Below are positions 22,933-37,900 of a stretch of 64,000 bases of DNA, piece by piece. How positions within the stretch are numbered: position 1 is the first letter of the stretch; every line of letters starts with the position of its first letter. The notes below the pieces were generated by a model. That model saw only the letters and a program-made list of their open reading frames with translations, was not told the DNA's origin and did no database searches. This DNA comes from Phoronis australis. Its lineage: Eukaryota > Animalia > Phoronida. The DNA lies in contig NMRA01000019.1 of assembly GCA_002633005.1 (NCBI GenBank), positions 1,259,052-1,323,051 of the forward strand. Direction: 5' to 3'. The position numbers were made by a program, and so were the translations under genes.

Positions 22933-25900
22933 TCAAATATTGTCCAAAGCACTCTGTATCTTTTTCTGGAGCCAGACTAAGGTTTCATGGTCATCACACT
23001 CAATAACTTTCTGTTCACCAGTAAACAGGCTGAAAGTGTCATCGTCCTGGAATAACAGCACATCATATAAACAAAACCATAAGCCAACTGAATATTCAGT
23101 GAATAAAGCAAGTGTTGCAATCAACCAATAAAATGCAAAAGAAATGGGTCAACAGAATATGCAACTAATTAAAGAAAAGAGAGAATGATACAATAGGGAC
23201 AGAAAAAAAAAACATCATCGTACTGGGGTAGCCTAGGAGATTCCACCATCTTGGTTCTAATCCCTTCCACTTTTCTATGAGAAATTACATTTTACTGGGG
23301 TCAAAGTATAACTGGAAAATCACCACTGACATAAATCTAAATCTGTATGTGGATTCACAGATGCTGAGGCATGAGCATCACGTTTAAAAACTTAGTTTTG
23401 TTTGAATTTCGCCAGTTTGAAGAAATATATTAGTGTAAGGGAATAGGGCACCACCATATTGGAGCAGTTGCAAAGAGTGCAATGTAATCACTTTATTTCC
23501 ATATCAGATAAACAATAAGCTTGACTAGGCTCAAGAAAAAGGAGCCGCCAACCAAACAAACTCAAAGTACAATCATCATTACAAGCCATCCGTGAAGAAG
23601 CAATGGGATCAAAATCAAATAAAAAATAAAAATGAAATAAATCTTCATAGCTCGGATATCAGACGAGTCGATTCACAGATTCTGCTGATTACAGTAAATT
23701 ATTTATTAAGCAACCCTGTTCTGCAGGATCATGTTAAAATCTTTATTTCATAGAGCCAAAATTTAACGCTACCTCAGTTTTAGTCTTGAACACCATCTTG
23801 CTATCAACAATGGCCGGCACGCCCACCAAGGCTGTCAACTGTATCTCCCAGTCCACACTCCAACCTCCCCACAGACGAGACTTCATTAGGTGCAAGAGTC
23901 GGCTTCGAAAGAAGAATGTATACATACGCTAAAAATTATCCATTTTCATAAATCTTGAATTTGGGATGGCCCATATTGCTTATTTCTAAGATTTGAAAAT
24001 AGTTGCAGTTGCAAAATCCGTCTTTTTCATAAATCTTAAATTTGGGATGGCCAATATTGCTTATTTCTAAGATTTGGTACAGGGTCCGATCCTGAGTAAT
24101 TTCAATGAAAAAGACGGATTTTGCAATTGCAACTATTTTCAATGTTTTCATCTCAAAATGCAGCCCTAAATTCTTGATAAAAATGAAGAGCAATGTCCCT
24201 ATCTGCAAAATCAAGAAAATTCAATTTTGGCTTGAGTTTCAGCGTCCCAAATTGAAGAGAATCTCCCGAACCGGAGATTTTTTGCCATAGCATAGGCGAT
24301 TTAGGTATAGCGTGGACAAAATACAGCTTACTCAATGCAGATGAAAGTCAAAACATGGGCACACCTGTAGCGGGGACACACTGTTAGGCACACCTGTAGG
24401 GCCGACACACTGTGCTAGCAGCTTCGTGTAAAATACATGCAGTGACGTTTATTACCACTAGAAGGCTATATAAAAGCCATGACAAGCCATTACTACCCTC
24501 CATGGGTGGAGTGGGTTGTGAAAAGCCTCATGATACAGAAGAGATCAATATTCACAGCTGTACACTTCATTATAATACAAGGCCTTGACTGAGTTGGCTA
24601 ATTAGTTTATATCAGGGTAATGGGGGACAGCATTGGTTCTGAAACGAACAATATGATGATTGTACTGTTGGTTCAATGACAATATTAAATCAAAATAAAT
24701 TAACATTTTCAATGTACGAAATTAATAAACAACTTAAAAGCTATTTACTTGTTTGTCACCATGAGCACGTTTGGTCTGTCCCCACTATTTAGTATCACGT
24801 GTGCCCAGTAGATGTCAGTGCGTACATAGGCACCCTTCTTCAGATCTGCTAGTATCCGGTTACCTCCAGCTTGATAAGGAGAGTATGGCCGCAGGCCCTG
24901 GGGATGAAAATAACGATATGCCATAAACCCGTCTTCCGTGACAAAGACTAAGTTTTTATTTCAAAGACCAATCAATATGAAACCAGTTAGTCAAAATATA
25001 GATGAGAGGAAAAATGGGAAGGAGGGCAAGGAAGGAGGGGGGAAGGTGAGAGGCAGGGAGAGGATGGGAGGGGGGAAAGTGGTGGGATGGTGGGAAGGAG
25101 GCTAGGAGAAAGGGAGTGAGGGAGGGAGGATGGGACTGAGGGGAGAGGCTGGGAAGGAAGGTGGGAGAGAGGAAGAGAGGGAGAGAGGGAGGGGGGAGGC
25201 AGGGAGAGAGGGAGGGAGGGGGAGGGGAGAGAGAGATAGAAGACAAAAAATGAAAGTGATATAACTACATAAAATGGAAATAACTAGGACACTGAACGTG
25301 ATGATGTTTTATTTGCCTGGAAAGTTGAGGCAACAGCTAAAAGTAGACCATAAGACACATGGATTGAGTGTACTGCCTGTACATTGTAGAGGCATGACGA
25401 ATATACTCAGACCATGTGATACATGGATTGTGTATTCTGTCTGTACATTGCAGAGGGCATGAAGAATGTATGCTCTGTTTATAGTCATAACCCTCATTCA
25501 GAATTCATTACAAAAACAGCTAAAAAATTGTTTCAGTAGACTGACTGAATACATCTGTGGGCTGATGTTACTCAGAAGATGAACAGACTTGACCGTCTTT
25601 AGGACCTGAAGGCAAACTGCACTTATTTGTAATTACAGTGAAATCATCAACTACGTAACTCAAAAAGACTCCTAGAAAATTAATAATAGTTATAGTTACA
25701 AAGATGAAAAAGTTTGCTAGAAACTCCCATTTTTCGAAAATGGGGCAAAACAAGCCGCAATCTCCCTTACTGTATTACTGTCATTAAACAACACTCTGTC
25801 AAACCTAGCTTTTTTGCACAAGATAAGCAGCAAAAGACACATTTGGCTATATCTTTTGAGCAAAATAAGTGAACCATTGGCATGCTTATGCAATGTTAAA

Positions 25901-28900
25901 CAGTCTAGTTCCAATTATTTTTTACAGGCTAGAAAAGACAACAATTTCTCGCATAACTACTGCAAATTACAGTATACACAACTACTCACCATGTTAGGGT
26001 TAATATAGCGAGGTAACCTCACCCTTGACACCACACCTTGGCCCATTTCAGCAGCTCTGTCAAAACAAACTATGCAATTTTAACGTTATATGGGACCAAT
26101 CACACTGAATTCAAATAAGATAAAAACACATGAACAATGCTTTCAATCTCTTATCACTATGATTATTATTAGTGGGTGCATATTTTGAGTAAAATATTCT
26201 ATTCTAAAACAAGAAATTTGCATAGCAAATAAACATTTTGCACACCACGTGCACAAAACCCTTTATGGGATTTGAAGGAAATAAAGGTAATTTTTATACA
26301 CTCTACTCATACCAAATACCCAAAAGGAATATATCACTTTCTGTTCAAGAGTGTCATACCGTCTTATTCCATCAAAAGTCAAGCTGACCATGTCGACAAT
26401 GCCCCCTGTTGGCTTTGTGATCAATCCCAACAATCCTTTGCCAATACCTTTGAAGAACCCCTCGACACCTTCCTCTTGGACACCTGGTGGCAATACATAT
26501 CTTTGAGATCAAACAACTAAGATGGTGCTCTTCTGTATATAATGTAAGCATGTCTCTGTAATATCTAATTGATTAGTCCTAGGCCTGTTCAACATATTCT
26601 GAGATTTTCATCAAAATGCACCATAACATCCCTTTCATTTCCAGACAATACATTTCGGAAATGAACAACCCACAGAAACTGTAAACCTACTCGTTCAAAC
26701 ATTATGATCATACTACCAGCTAAAAATAAAAAACTACAGTCGTCCAACAACATAAATATTACCTGCTGACATGAGGTACACAACCAGTAACTTTGTACAG
26801 AGATGTAACTAAATTATGTTTATATTAGACTCATGCTGTGTCAATGCCAGGAACAGAATATTTAACATGCTTTGATCTGCCAATGGAAGGGATATTGAGC
26901 TCAACATTGATGAAGTGGACTTCAAAACACAACTGTTACAGTACTTGAATGTATGCTGAGTATCACTTACCCCTGACTGGGTTAGTGACCACCCCAGACA
27001 GTCCCAGCCCTATTCCCATCACCAGGGTTTTACCAGCCAGGGCGATACTCTGAGGCAAGTGCTTGGGCTGTTGGATCATTCTTTGCTGACGTTTCTGAAA
27101 TGGTAGACAAATGTGAGTATACACAGACAATAACCCTAAACGTAACAAAGAAAGGTACCTCTTTTAAAATTCCTATTGGTTGAGAGCAGGTATCCTTGAG
27201 ACAAGGGTCCCATGTAATTACCTCATAACGTTAAATCCTAGTGAGAGACCGTCTGGAGTTGTCAATGGGGCAACTCCAGACAGTCTGGGATCACAGATCT
27301 ATTCAGCTGATTACATTTTATTACCCGTGAAGCGGATGGTTTGGTGATAAGAGCTGCCTGAAGAAACATGACTTGCATTATGTCGATTTATGACCCACAA
27401 TGCGTGACTGGACAAAGCCTTTTCAAAATATTGCAGATAAGCTGGGGGAGCGTGAGACCCCTGAGGTCCCAGTCAAGTCCTCACGACAATTCCACATTAT
27501 GTGAATTCATTTACTTCCATAGGTGGGCTGCTTGTTTCACTTAAGCAATCAAATGAGTTTTGAGTTCTCCAAAGCTCACAAGCAGCCTTTCTAGTCAAAA
27601 ATCGTATATCCGGTTGCAGCCGGGACCATCATAAGTTACCCTACATTTTTTTACAAGAGTGAAATATTGGAACTGATGTTAAGTTGATAATTTTGCAAAA
27701 TCAGACTTACCGACTGCTTCAGACAGAAAGTGAATTGTTGCAACTGTCTTAGTTACGACGAGGTTCACCACTTTTGACAAAACAAGCCACTTATCAATAA
27801 TATTTACCATTTATAACAATTAATATAACACTAATATGTCAAAAATATTCCTACACACACAGTTCAATGCATTTGTCACCATGCAGGCCCCAAATAATGT
27901 TGTTGACAAAGTATAAACCCCTCATTACCGTATCTCACACACTCTCACCTTTTTGTAGTCAGCATCAAATGACAACGTAGCTAGTGCACGACCTACTGAC
28001 CCTGTGATGAGGGCAGCACTACCTGCAGCACCACCTGGTGAGGAATGACGACTCAGTTTAAAGTTTTCAAAGTTGACCACTTAACGAAAGCCAAACCATG
28101 ATAACTGATCAGAAGCAACATAAGGTTGAAAGTGTAAGCATGTCTGACACTTGAAATTGGACCACACTTGAAGGAATCTTAGCAAACTCCGAATAGTTTT
28201 AGAAACAATTGGTGGAGAATTCAGAGCAACTACAAGAAACTCATGGGAGATACACCCTCTGAAAACATTAGGAATTAAGAAACCTCTGGTGGCAACAACG
28301 TAGTACTAATAAAATACCACAATATACAAAGTGAGAAACAATAAGTGATGCATTTGGCCTTCTGCATTATATTAAAAAAACAGAGAAGTTGAGGTAATTA
28401 TAAATACGGTGAAAAATAATTTGGGACATTATAATTGGTAATATTGCTGTTTTTCAAAGGCTAACAGCACTGCCATGAAAACTTCGAATCTTATCAAATG
28501 CTTTTTAGTGATATCTGCACCATAAAAGCATGCTAACAGTGAATTAAATTTTCTTAGAACTCAAGTTCTTTCTTGCCGATTTCACTATGTATCATATTAT
28601 GCCAGACTATTCCACTGAATAACTTACCAACAGTATGTCCAAACAAACTCATCACTCCACGAGTTATGCCTGATGCCACTTCATCAGGTTCAGTAATGGA
28701 GCCCTGTAATATGGATATGAAGACAAATTACACACTGAAGCTGCAGCCATTAAAACTTGCTTTAAAAGAATTGAGGATATGGCAAAACTAAGTAAAACCA
28801 AACAATCCCTCCAATGCTACACATTTTGAAGCAGTACAGTCTTTTTTACTATCAGCCAGGAAAGACTAGTAAGCCAAGGTACAACTAATAATTAATATGT

Positions 28901-31900
28901 TAATTCGATTTCTGGGTAGTAATATTATTTAATGCATTCAATTATAGTTATGCAATAACTTATTAAGGAAGACTTGTAGATGACTGTTCCTCATTCAAAT
29001 TCCACTTCCTTTGGGAGTTTTATGATCACTCTGATAAGCCATAGTGTACATAAGGCAAGGCGCCCCCTTGTGTTGCTCAGGCTGGCTACAGAAGAGGTTG
29101 GGACATATCGACAAAGATGCAACAGTTGCAACACATTATTCCTCTGTTGCAGGTTAACCCTTTTTCCATTCAAACTCTGCGAAAGTTAAATTTTCAATGA
29201 CGTAACTATATAGTTTTTATACTACGTAGCATCTAAAATAGGCAGGAAAGAATATTGTCATGAAAAGGCAGCAGTTTTCACAGACACACGTCAAGGTTAC
29301 CAAATACCCAAACAAAAGAAGTCGATCCAAGTGCTGTGGTAAGTGGCTACTGTAAAAAGCATTTATGGTGTTGCAGGTTGGGAAATGAGACGCAGCGCTT
29401 AATATGTTTTAAACAACCAAAATGGTTCATTTTCAAATATCTTTCTCGAGCTTGCCCAAATAAGAGTTGATTTTTCCAAAAACAATAGAGCTTACTCCAA
29501 TTCCATGACAGACAGAAAACAACAATGCAGACCCCTGAACAGCACAGGTGTTATTGGGAAAAGGGTCCTACCATGAAAGGTTCATAGAAGAAGTCTCCAA
29601 ACCCTTTAGTAAAGTCCTTCACAAGGCCATAAGGGTTACCAAGAACATCTAGACCCAATATGAGCACGTATGCCTGTTGAATGGCTTGACTAGTGTAGTG
29701 TGAGCGGATATCTGACAACAGCTGAGGCTGAGATTGGAACTTTGCTCTTTGTTCAAAGTAGGCTAGCCTGAAATTAACAGAAGACATGGACTTAAAAAGG
29801 AAGAAAGTGTTATTTTGGTGATCATTTTTGTCCAAAATTGGTGAGAATTTACCGTAACAGTAAGTTATTAAGCCTAGTCTGGGCTGGGTACTTTGATAAC
29901 ATAAACTGGCCATAACCACTCCAGAAGTAGATAAAAACAAGGTTGAAATTGGCTCTGAAATAAGAATGAAATGGTCGACCACTTTTTTACTCCTAGTAGA
30001 AAGAAAACAACCCAAACAAACAACTTGGAATGATTCCTCATTCCCTGAACACTATTACAAGGTCCTATGACAAATAAAACGACAAGACCAAGAATGTAGA
30101 AGTTGTTTGGTGTTGGCAAGTTACCGTCTACTGTCATCAAGCAGTTAAAGAGCTTGGTTTTGAAAGTCACCAGTGTTTAATATTATGTTACTAGTGGTAG
30201 GTAGAAAGTCAGTTCTTTATTTAAGTGAATGAATTGCGTCCACTTAATTGAACTTTTTGTTATGTCATAAATTGCTTGTGAACAAAATTCAGCTTTAAAC
30301 AAAGTCACAATCACAGAAACGTGGACATACGGAATTTTTTGAAAATCAAACCACTGCACACAACTGACACCAAAGCTCTTACCTAATCTCAACCTCTCTA
30401 ATTTCAGTGAGAGTGACACCTATTGAGTTAAGGAAGAAGTCAACAATGTCTTTTCCAATGGAGGTGCTAGTCTGCTCAGCAGTGTATGCCTGGCCTTGGA
30501 GAGAGAAACTGACCTTCATCTGTAATACAAACACATCTAAATAATTAAAAGGACAGTGTTAGCATACTTACACGCATTAAAGCTTTACAAATGTGTGTTT
30601 CATCAAAGAAAGGAAATTATGATTTAAGCATCTTAATATTAGACTGCTCTTAACTTCTACTTTAAATACAGACGAGAAACATGGAATACCAAAGCAGCAA
30701 AAAACCAAGGCTGTGCAATATCTTTACTTCAGGACCATGATAAATTTGTCAAGAATTAAAATCTTAACAATATTTTTGAAAATCATGCGAGATTTTCATA
30801 CTACATTTGCCTAGGTTTTCTAAAAATTGTGCCGATGTTTTTTTTTTTGAAAATCTTGTTTGAATTGCTTTGCGAGCAAAGACATGTCAGCAAATCCTCT
30901 TGATACTTTGAGGTAAAAACATTCTTTCAAGCACTGTCATTTCAATGCGTAATTGATTCGTGGATGACTCGGACTGCAAAGTGGTAACAAACTACAGCTA
31001 CACAGAAACAATATCAAATCTGTGCTTTAGTTGAGCTCACCTTCAATGGAGAAAGATGCAGGTACTCGTAGAATATCTTGTCAGGGCTGAGCGCTGCCTA
31101 TCAAAAATAACAGTCAATGCAGACATGAGTGCTTATTTTAGTAAATGAATTTATGAATTGTGCCTTCAGCAATTAAGACCATGTATCCACCTTATAGAAA
31201 GGTACTACACAGCATACTACATATCTATCAGTCTCTGCCTGTTACACAACAGACTGAAGTAACCTTTCATATTTATTCTTTATTAGACACCTAATTAGTT
31301 TCACATCCACAAACACATATTTTTAGTATTATTGCTGGATGAGATAGACTTCTTGAAGTCACGGCTTTGACTATAGCTGCAGTAGAACAATAGAATCCGT
31401 TCTTCTTTGATGTTATTACAAATTGTCAGTTCTTACCATTATCTGNNNNNNNNNNNNNNNNNNNNNNNNNNNNNNNNNNNNNNNNNNNNNNNNNNNNNNN
31501 NNNNNNNNNNNNNNNNNNNNNNNNNNNNNNNNNNNNNNNNNNNNNNNNNNNNNNNNNNNNNNNNNNNNNNNNNNNNNNNNNNNNNNNNNNNNNNNNNNNN
31601 NNNNNNNNAAAGGTTCATAGAAGAAGTCTCCAAACCCTTTAGTAAAGTCCTTCACAAGGCCATAAGGGTTACCAAGAACATCTAGACCCAATATGAGCAC
31701 GTATGCCTGTTGAATGGCTTGACTAGTGTAGTGTGAGCGGATATCTGACAACAGCTGAGGCTGAGATTGGAACTTTGCTCTTTGTTCAAAGTAGGCTAGC
31801 CTGAAATTAACAGAAGACATCGACTTAAAAAGGAAGAAAGTGTTATTTCGGAGATCATTTTTGTCCAAAATTGGTGAGAATTTACCGTAACAATAAGTTA

Positions 31901-34900
31901 TTAAGCCTAGTCTGGGCTCGGTACTTTGATAACATAAACTGGCCATAACCACTCCAGAAGTTGAAATTGGCTCTGAAATAAGAATGAAACAGTCAACCAC
32001 TTTTTTACTCCTAGTAGAAAGAAAACAACCCAAACAAACAACTTGGAATGATTCCTCATTCACTGAACACTATTACAAGGTCCCATGACAAATAAAACGA
32101 CAAGACCAAGAATGTAGAAGTTGTTTGGTGTTGGCAAGTTACTGTCTACTGTCATCAAGCAGTTAAAGAGCTTGGTTTTGAAAGTCTCGTGTGTTTAATA
32201 TTATGTTACTGGTGGTAGGCAGAAAGTCAGTTCTTTTAAGTGAATGAATTGCGTCCACTTAATTGAACTTTTTGTTGTCATAAATTGCTTGTGAACAAAA
32301 TTCAGCTTTAAACAAAGTCACAATCACAGAAACGTGGACATACGGAATTTCTTGAAAATCAAACCACTGCACACAACTGGCACCAAAGCTCTTACCTAAT
32401 CTCAACCTCTCTAATTTCAGTGAGAGTGACACCTATGGAGTTAAGGAAGAAGTCAACAATGTCTTTTCCAATGGAGGTGCTAGTCTGCTCAGCAGTGTAT
32501 GCCTGGCCTTGGAGAGAGAAACTGACCTTCATCTGTAATACAAACACATCTAAATAATTAAAAGGACAATGTTAGCATACTTACACGCATTAAAGCTTTA
32601 AATATGTGTGTTCCATCAAAGAAAGGAAATTATGATTTAAGCATCTTAATTTTAGACTGCTCTTAACTTCTACCTTAAATACAGACGAGAAACATGGAAT
32701 ACCAAAGCAGCAAAAAACCAAGGCTGTACAATATCTTTACTTCAGGACCATGATAAATTTGTCAAGAATTAAAATCTCAACAATATTTTTGAAAATCATG
32801 CGAGATTTTCATATTACATTTTACATTTGCCTAGGTTTTCTAAAAATTGTGCCGATGTTTTTTTGAAAATCTTGTTTAAATTGCTTTGCGAGCAAAGACA
32901 TGTCAGCAAATCCTCTTGATACTTTGAGGTAAAAACATTCTTTCAAGCACATAGTCATTTCAATGCGTAATTGATTCATGGATGACTCGGACTGCAAAGT
33001 GATAACAAGCTACAGCTACACTGAAACAATATCAAATCTGTGCTTTAGTTGAGCTCACCTTCAATGGAGAAAGATGCAGGTACTCGTAGAATATCTTGTC
33101 AGGGCTGAGCGCTGCCTATCAAAAATAACAGTCAATGCAGACATGAGTGCTTAGTAAATGAATTTATGAATTGTGCCTTCAGCAATTAAGACCATGTATC
33201 CACCTTATAGAAAGGTACTACACAGCATACTACATATCTATCAGTCTCTGCCTGTTACACAACAGACTGAAGTAAACTTTCCTATTTATTCTTTATTAGA
33301 CACCTTATTAGTTTCACATCCACAAACACATATTTTTAGTATTATTGCTGGATGAGATAGACTTCTTGAAGTCATGGCTTTGACCATAGCTGCAGTAGAA
33401 CAATAGAATCCGTTCTTCTTTGATGTTATTACAAATTGTCAGTTCTTACCATTATCTGTCAAACATTTTCTGAAATCGGGACCTATGACACTTTTCAAGT
33501 GAAATATTCTTAAAATACCATTCATCAAGTGGGATTTAATGCAGCTGACAGAGCATTAGACTGCGACCTGCGAATTTCACTTTGGATTCAACCCTGAACC
33601 TGAACTCTGAACATCACTTTTCTTGCTTGTAATGTACCATTAAGGTTATTCAGAAAACCTATTGCCAAAACTGTCTAAATTTGATGTTTTTAAGCTTATT
33701 ATATTACTACAAGTGCTTGAGCATTGACTATGTTATCTATGACAAAACATACCATGCTAAGAATGAATTGAACTTTTGTAGTTCAGGATTTTATTTAAAA
33801 TTAAACTTTATTATTCAACCAGCTCTAAATTGAAATTTCATTGTTATGACAATTTATTTTTTGACAGTTCATATTTAAAAAAGGATACTGACACAGGAAA
33901 CTTTAATATGCACTTATATTTCATGAGCGTACACATAAACACAATGACTTGTCTTACCAGTACTTCAGTCGTCTCCGCTAGCGACTGCTTCACCATGGCA
34001 ACATCCTCTTTGACTTGAACACTCTGTAACATGTCATAAAAGAATAGTTCAGATGCCATTTTGTAGAGATTATTCAACAGTCACCTTATTTAGCAAGTGA
34101 AATTTCGACTACGACCAAGACATTTGATTTTAAGTTAATTGAAAAGCTGCAACAGCCAATCAGCCCTCATGATCTCAGTGAATGTCAGTCATTCACTAAA
34201 AATGAAATCACCCGTGACACACATGTCTTCAGGGGGTCAAACGTACCCTTAACACCACATGCATGGTATGATTCCTCAGCCTAGTAACTTACATGAACAT
34301 CTTCAACAGCCTTCTTTACTCAGAATGATGAATTTTTCAGAGAGTGGACCTGTGCAATGACTTCACATGACCTAAATTTGTCCCAAGATGGACACTGGTC
34401 AATGGACGATTTGATCAGATAAGAGGAAGTACTTCCTATGAGTCAACTTGTCTCAACACCTTCAGTTGTTAGAGTAGCTATTGCATTACCACACAATAGG
34501 GCCGCCCAGGATTACACAGCGATCGAACTCTCCTTTGTCCTGGAGATAAGAAATCAGGCACATTTTTGCCTTGTCTCTCCTTGATGTCTGAGGAAGGCAA
34601 AGAATTTCAGATCACACATCCACGGGTAATGTCCAGTTTATCAAACTTTTTCAAGTCGGAGTTATAGCCCACAGCTCAGCAGTAATACTTCGTTGGCATT
34701 GGAAGGACGAATAGAGTAATGCAACTGAGAAAAACTTGTAAAGAATCGGACAACAACAAATAACATGTGAAACTCCAGTGGCACGAAAAACGAGGCAGCA
34801 AATGTGCCTGACGGATGTTGATGTCATTGTGCGAAAATATAGCGAGATTCGAGTGTCGCTGTGGGATCCGGGACAGTCCTAACGATAATCAAAATTTAAA

Positions 34901-37900
34901 CCAGAGGGTTATTGCAAATCTGCTGTTGATCAATNCTCAGGTGTCATTTTCAAACAGCAGTTAGCTCTGATCACAATGTTTCATGATCTCAGTCTCAGAT
35001 CCAACCAGACCCATAGTACTGTTGTTGGTACCATTGATGGCTTTACAGTCATACTCGGGTTTTTAAGTCTTTAATGTCGGTTTAAAGGAGGCCTAGTGGA
35101 CTACAATAATTGATGTCAAAACTGTGCAAAATGTTTCTAGCACTGAATCTCACCTACTCTGAGAGCTATGATCAATGGATAGATAATTTTTGACAAGTGA
35201 CCCAATGAGTTTAGTTGATGTGCAACCTTAGGCTTACCTTCATTTCAAACACAAAGGAAACATGGTGGGCATTTTCATCTCGCTTTTTTCGTTTTGTCAC
35301 AAGCCAGAATAAACGTTTCCAGCTAAAGTTGCTCCACTATTAAATGAAATAATGTACAGTTGTTGTATATTTGCTTTTGAGTAAAAATGGCTTAAAAGTG
35401 ATTTCGCCTCAAGACTTAGCATAATTTCAGTGCCATTCACAAAGCATTATGTGCAAGGCTTGGCTCCTGAACTTGGCAAAATACACAGCAAAGGTGCAAG
35501 ATTACAATCAACTGGAAAATGTTCCATCAAGTTTGACAATAGTAGAATAAGGTAAGACATTGCTACATCATCAAGAAAGTTTATAAGCATTTCAGCCAAG
35601 TGAAAAAGTTAAGAATGAGCGAGTCTGCTAAGCCAAAAATTCAAAAACAGGACGCATGAGTCTCAATGCCAACGTGCTATAAAAATTATGAGGCCATCAA
35701 AACAAATTCCACAGAATCTTGGAAATAAAAAGTAATTGTAACACATGCCAAAAAGAATAACGACGATCTCAAAGGTCAAGCAAACTTTTTCTAAAAGGAC
35801 GAACTAATGAATCCTGGATGTAAATGCCAAGTAACAATACGCTTTAGAGATTGACAGAGCCAAAACATTTCACAGTAACTACAGGCAACATTTTATGTGC
35901 CTAGAAAATGTTTTGATGGGTAATCTGTCGTGAGACACAACGCAAAAAGCAGAAGTCCAGTTCTTAACACCACCAACAATTGAAGACATTTATCGATAGT
36001 TAAAAATCCCTTCAAGAAGCCCATGCTATCAACTTTTAAGAAAATGAAGATGGACCAAGAGCGACTCCTAATGAACAAACACAGGGCTCACTAAAGATGT
36101 TCTAGAGAGGTGCTCAATCAAGGTGCCCAATTAAGGGACAGTCTTCAAACAGGGAAAGGTGATTACACAATCATCATGTGTTTGTGCACAAAACAATGTG
36201 CGATAGCCAGTGCATGAACACTTGACACTGTCTACAGGCACAAGTCAAAGCATCACTATTGTATTTATCCATGTCGTGGACTTGGATACATATGTCGGTA
36301 TGTTATGCAATGTGCGTGATGATAAATGTGAATTATAATAGAGATTCAAGATATGCAAGCTTATTTAAATTTTGAGCTTCTTAATGAAGATTACAACTGG
36401 ACGGTTCACTGAAACGCTAGATACTTACGTAGCAAAACACTAGTGGCAATTAGGGTCCTTGAAATTTTTATACAAAATGAATATTTCAATCTCAATACGA
36501 CGTTGAAAATATGTTGCAAACATTTTAAGTCTGGTCCCGGCTGGGGGCAGAAATCATTTCAGACTTATATTGATTAGGTCACGTGATGTGGCCAACAGAT
36601 GGCCTAATGAACAGAATTAAATATTTATTTTTACAAGACTGGTTATAACACAAAATGGCCTAAAAGTTAGTTTATTGCCACTTTAATACACTGTTTTAAA
36701 AAACGGCTGTTTATTTTATATGGCACTTCCTCAGTCAGAAGCAAACAGGAACATCATATCATACAACACAAATGTTTTAAATCTGTCTTAAAATTAACTA
36801 GTCCAGCATATAATTATGCCTTGGAGTCACAATGAAACACAAGGTTGCAATTTCAGATAGCATGGGTATGACTGAGCCCCTCACAAACAAGTCCTTCAAA
36901 GAGAACTTTCATCAATTTAATGTTATTTTCTTGACATCCTTAAACCTGATTTCCCATGTGATTTAAAACTGAGTGAACCCAACTGTCCACAAGGTTAATT
37001 TTCCTCACCTACAGAATGAAACATGCACTGAACACCTGTTACAATACATTTAAGCAGCTCTCTAGAGTTAACTAATTACCAAAATCTCAGAATGCCAGTT
37101 GGGACTGTAAAAACAACCAAAACTGTGTAAAAGACAAAGATAAGCTGTGAGCTTTGGCTAAATGCAAAACAAGCAGAGAAAATATGAGTGGAAACAGTAC
37201 CTGTAATGTGTGGTTCATGTTAAAACAATGACTGGCTAGCAACTCAAAAGAACTATATGAATGGTCTTATGAAGGATATAATAGAATAATTTGTAATGTT
37301 CCACAAAACACACGTAGGAATGATAGTATCTAAATTATGTATTTAAAGCTGCCATTGCCTCTAAATCAGTGGCATTTCATCCTAGTGTAGTCGAGTCATT
37401 GGCATAAGCAATCATCAAGACTGCTGAATTTCATTCTATATCAAAACTTTATTTTTCAAAAGAATCTGACTTTCAACCCATTTTTCAGACTCCGTTCCAA
37501 AGCTTCAGGCAGTTTTGCGACACTGTTCACATGACATATTGTTTCATACAAGGCATATGTAGAACGACTTGCTACATCAGCGAGCGATGCCGACACAAAC
37601 TGAATAAATAAAAGCTAATGGCGCGGCACATTCAAGGCTGGGACGACAAACATTTTTTACCTTGGCTTACATCCTAAATGAAAAGAACTGCCATAGAATC
37701 CATGATTAAGTGCAATCTGAATGCACATTGCCACAGCATCAATGTTTGAGTGAGGTGTGTAAAAAACTTTTCCGCACCACATCACACAAATTAGATCAAA
37801 CAGCATCCACGTATACACCACGTCCGCCCTCAACCACAGTGACCTCGAAATGTTTTAGAAGTATCGTCAGTGTGTGATGCATGGGTCACGATCGACGTAT

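Noticed and set aside
24956-25246. Pro/Ser/Leu-rich ORF (extensin-like)
   Set aside because: It is simply the translation of the polypurine/polypyrimidine tract.
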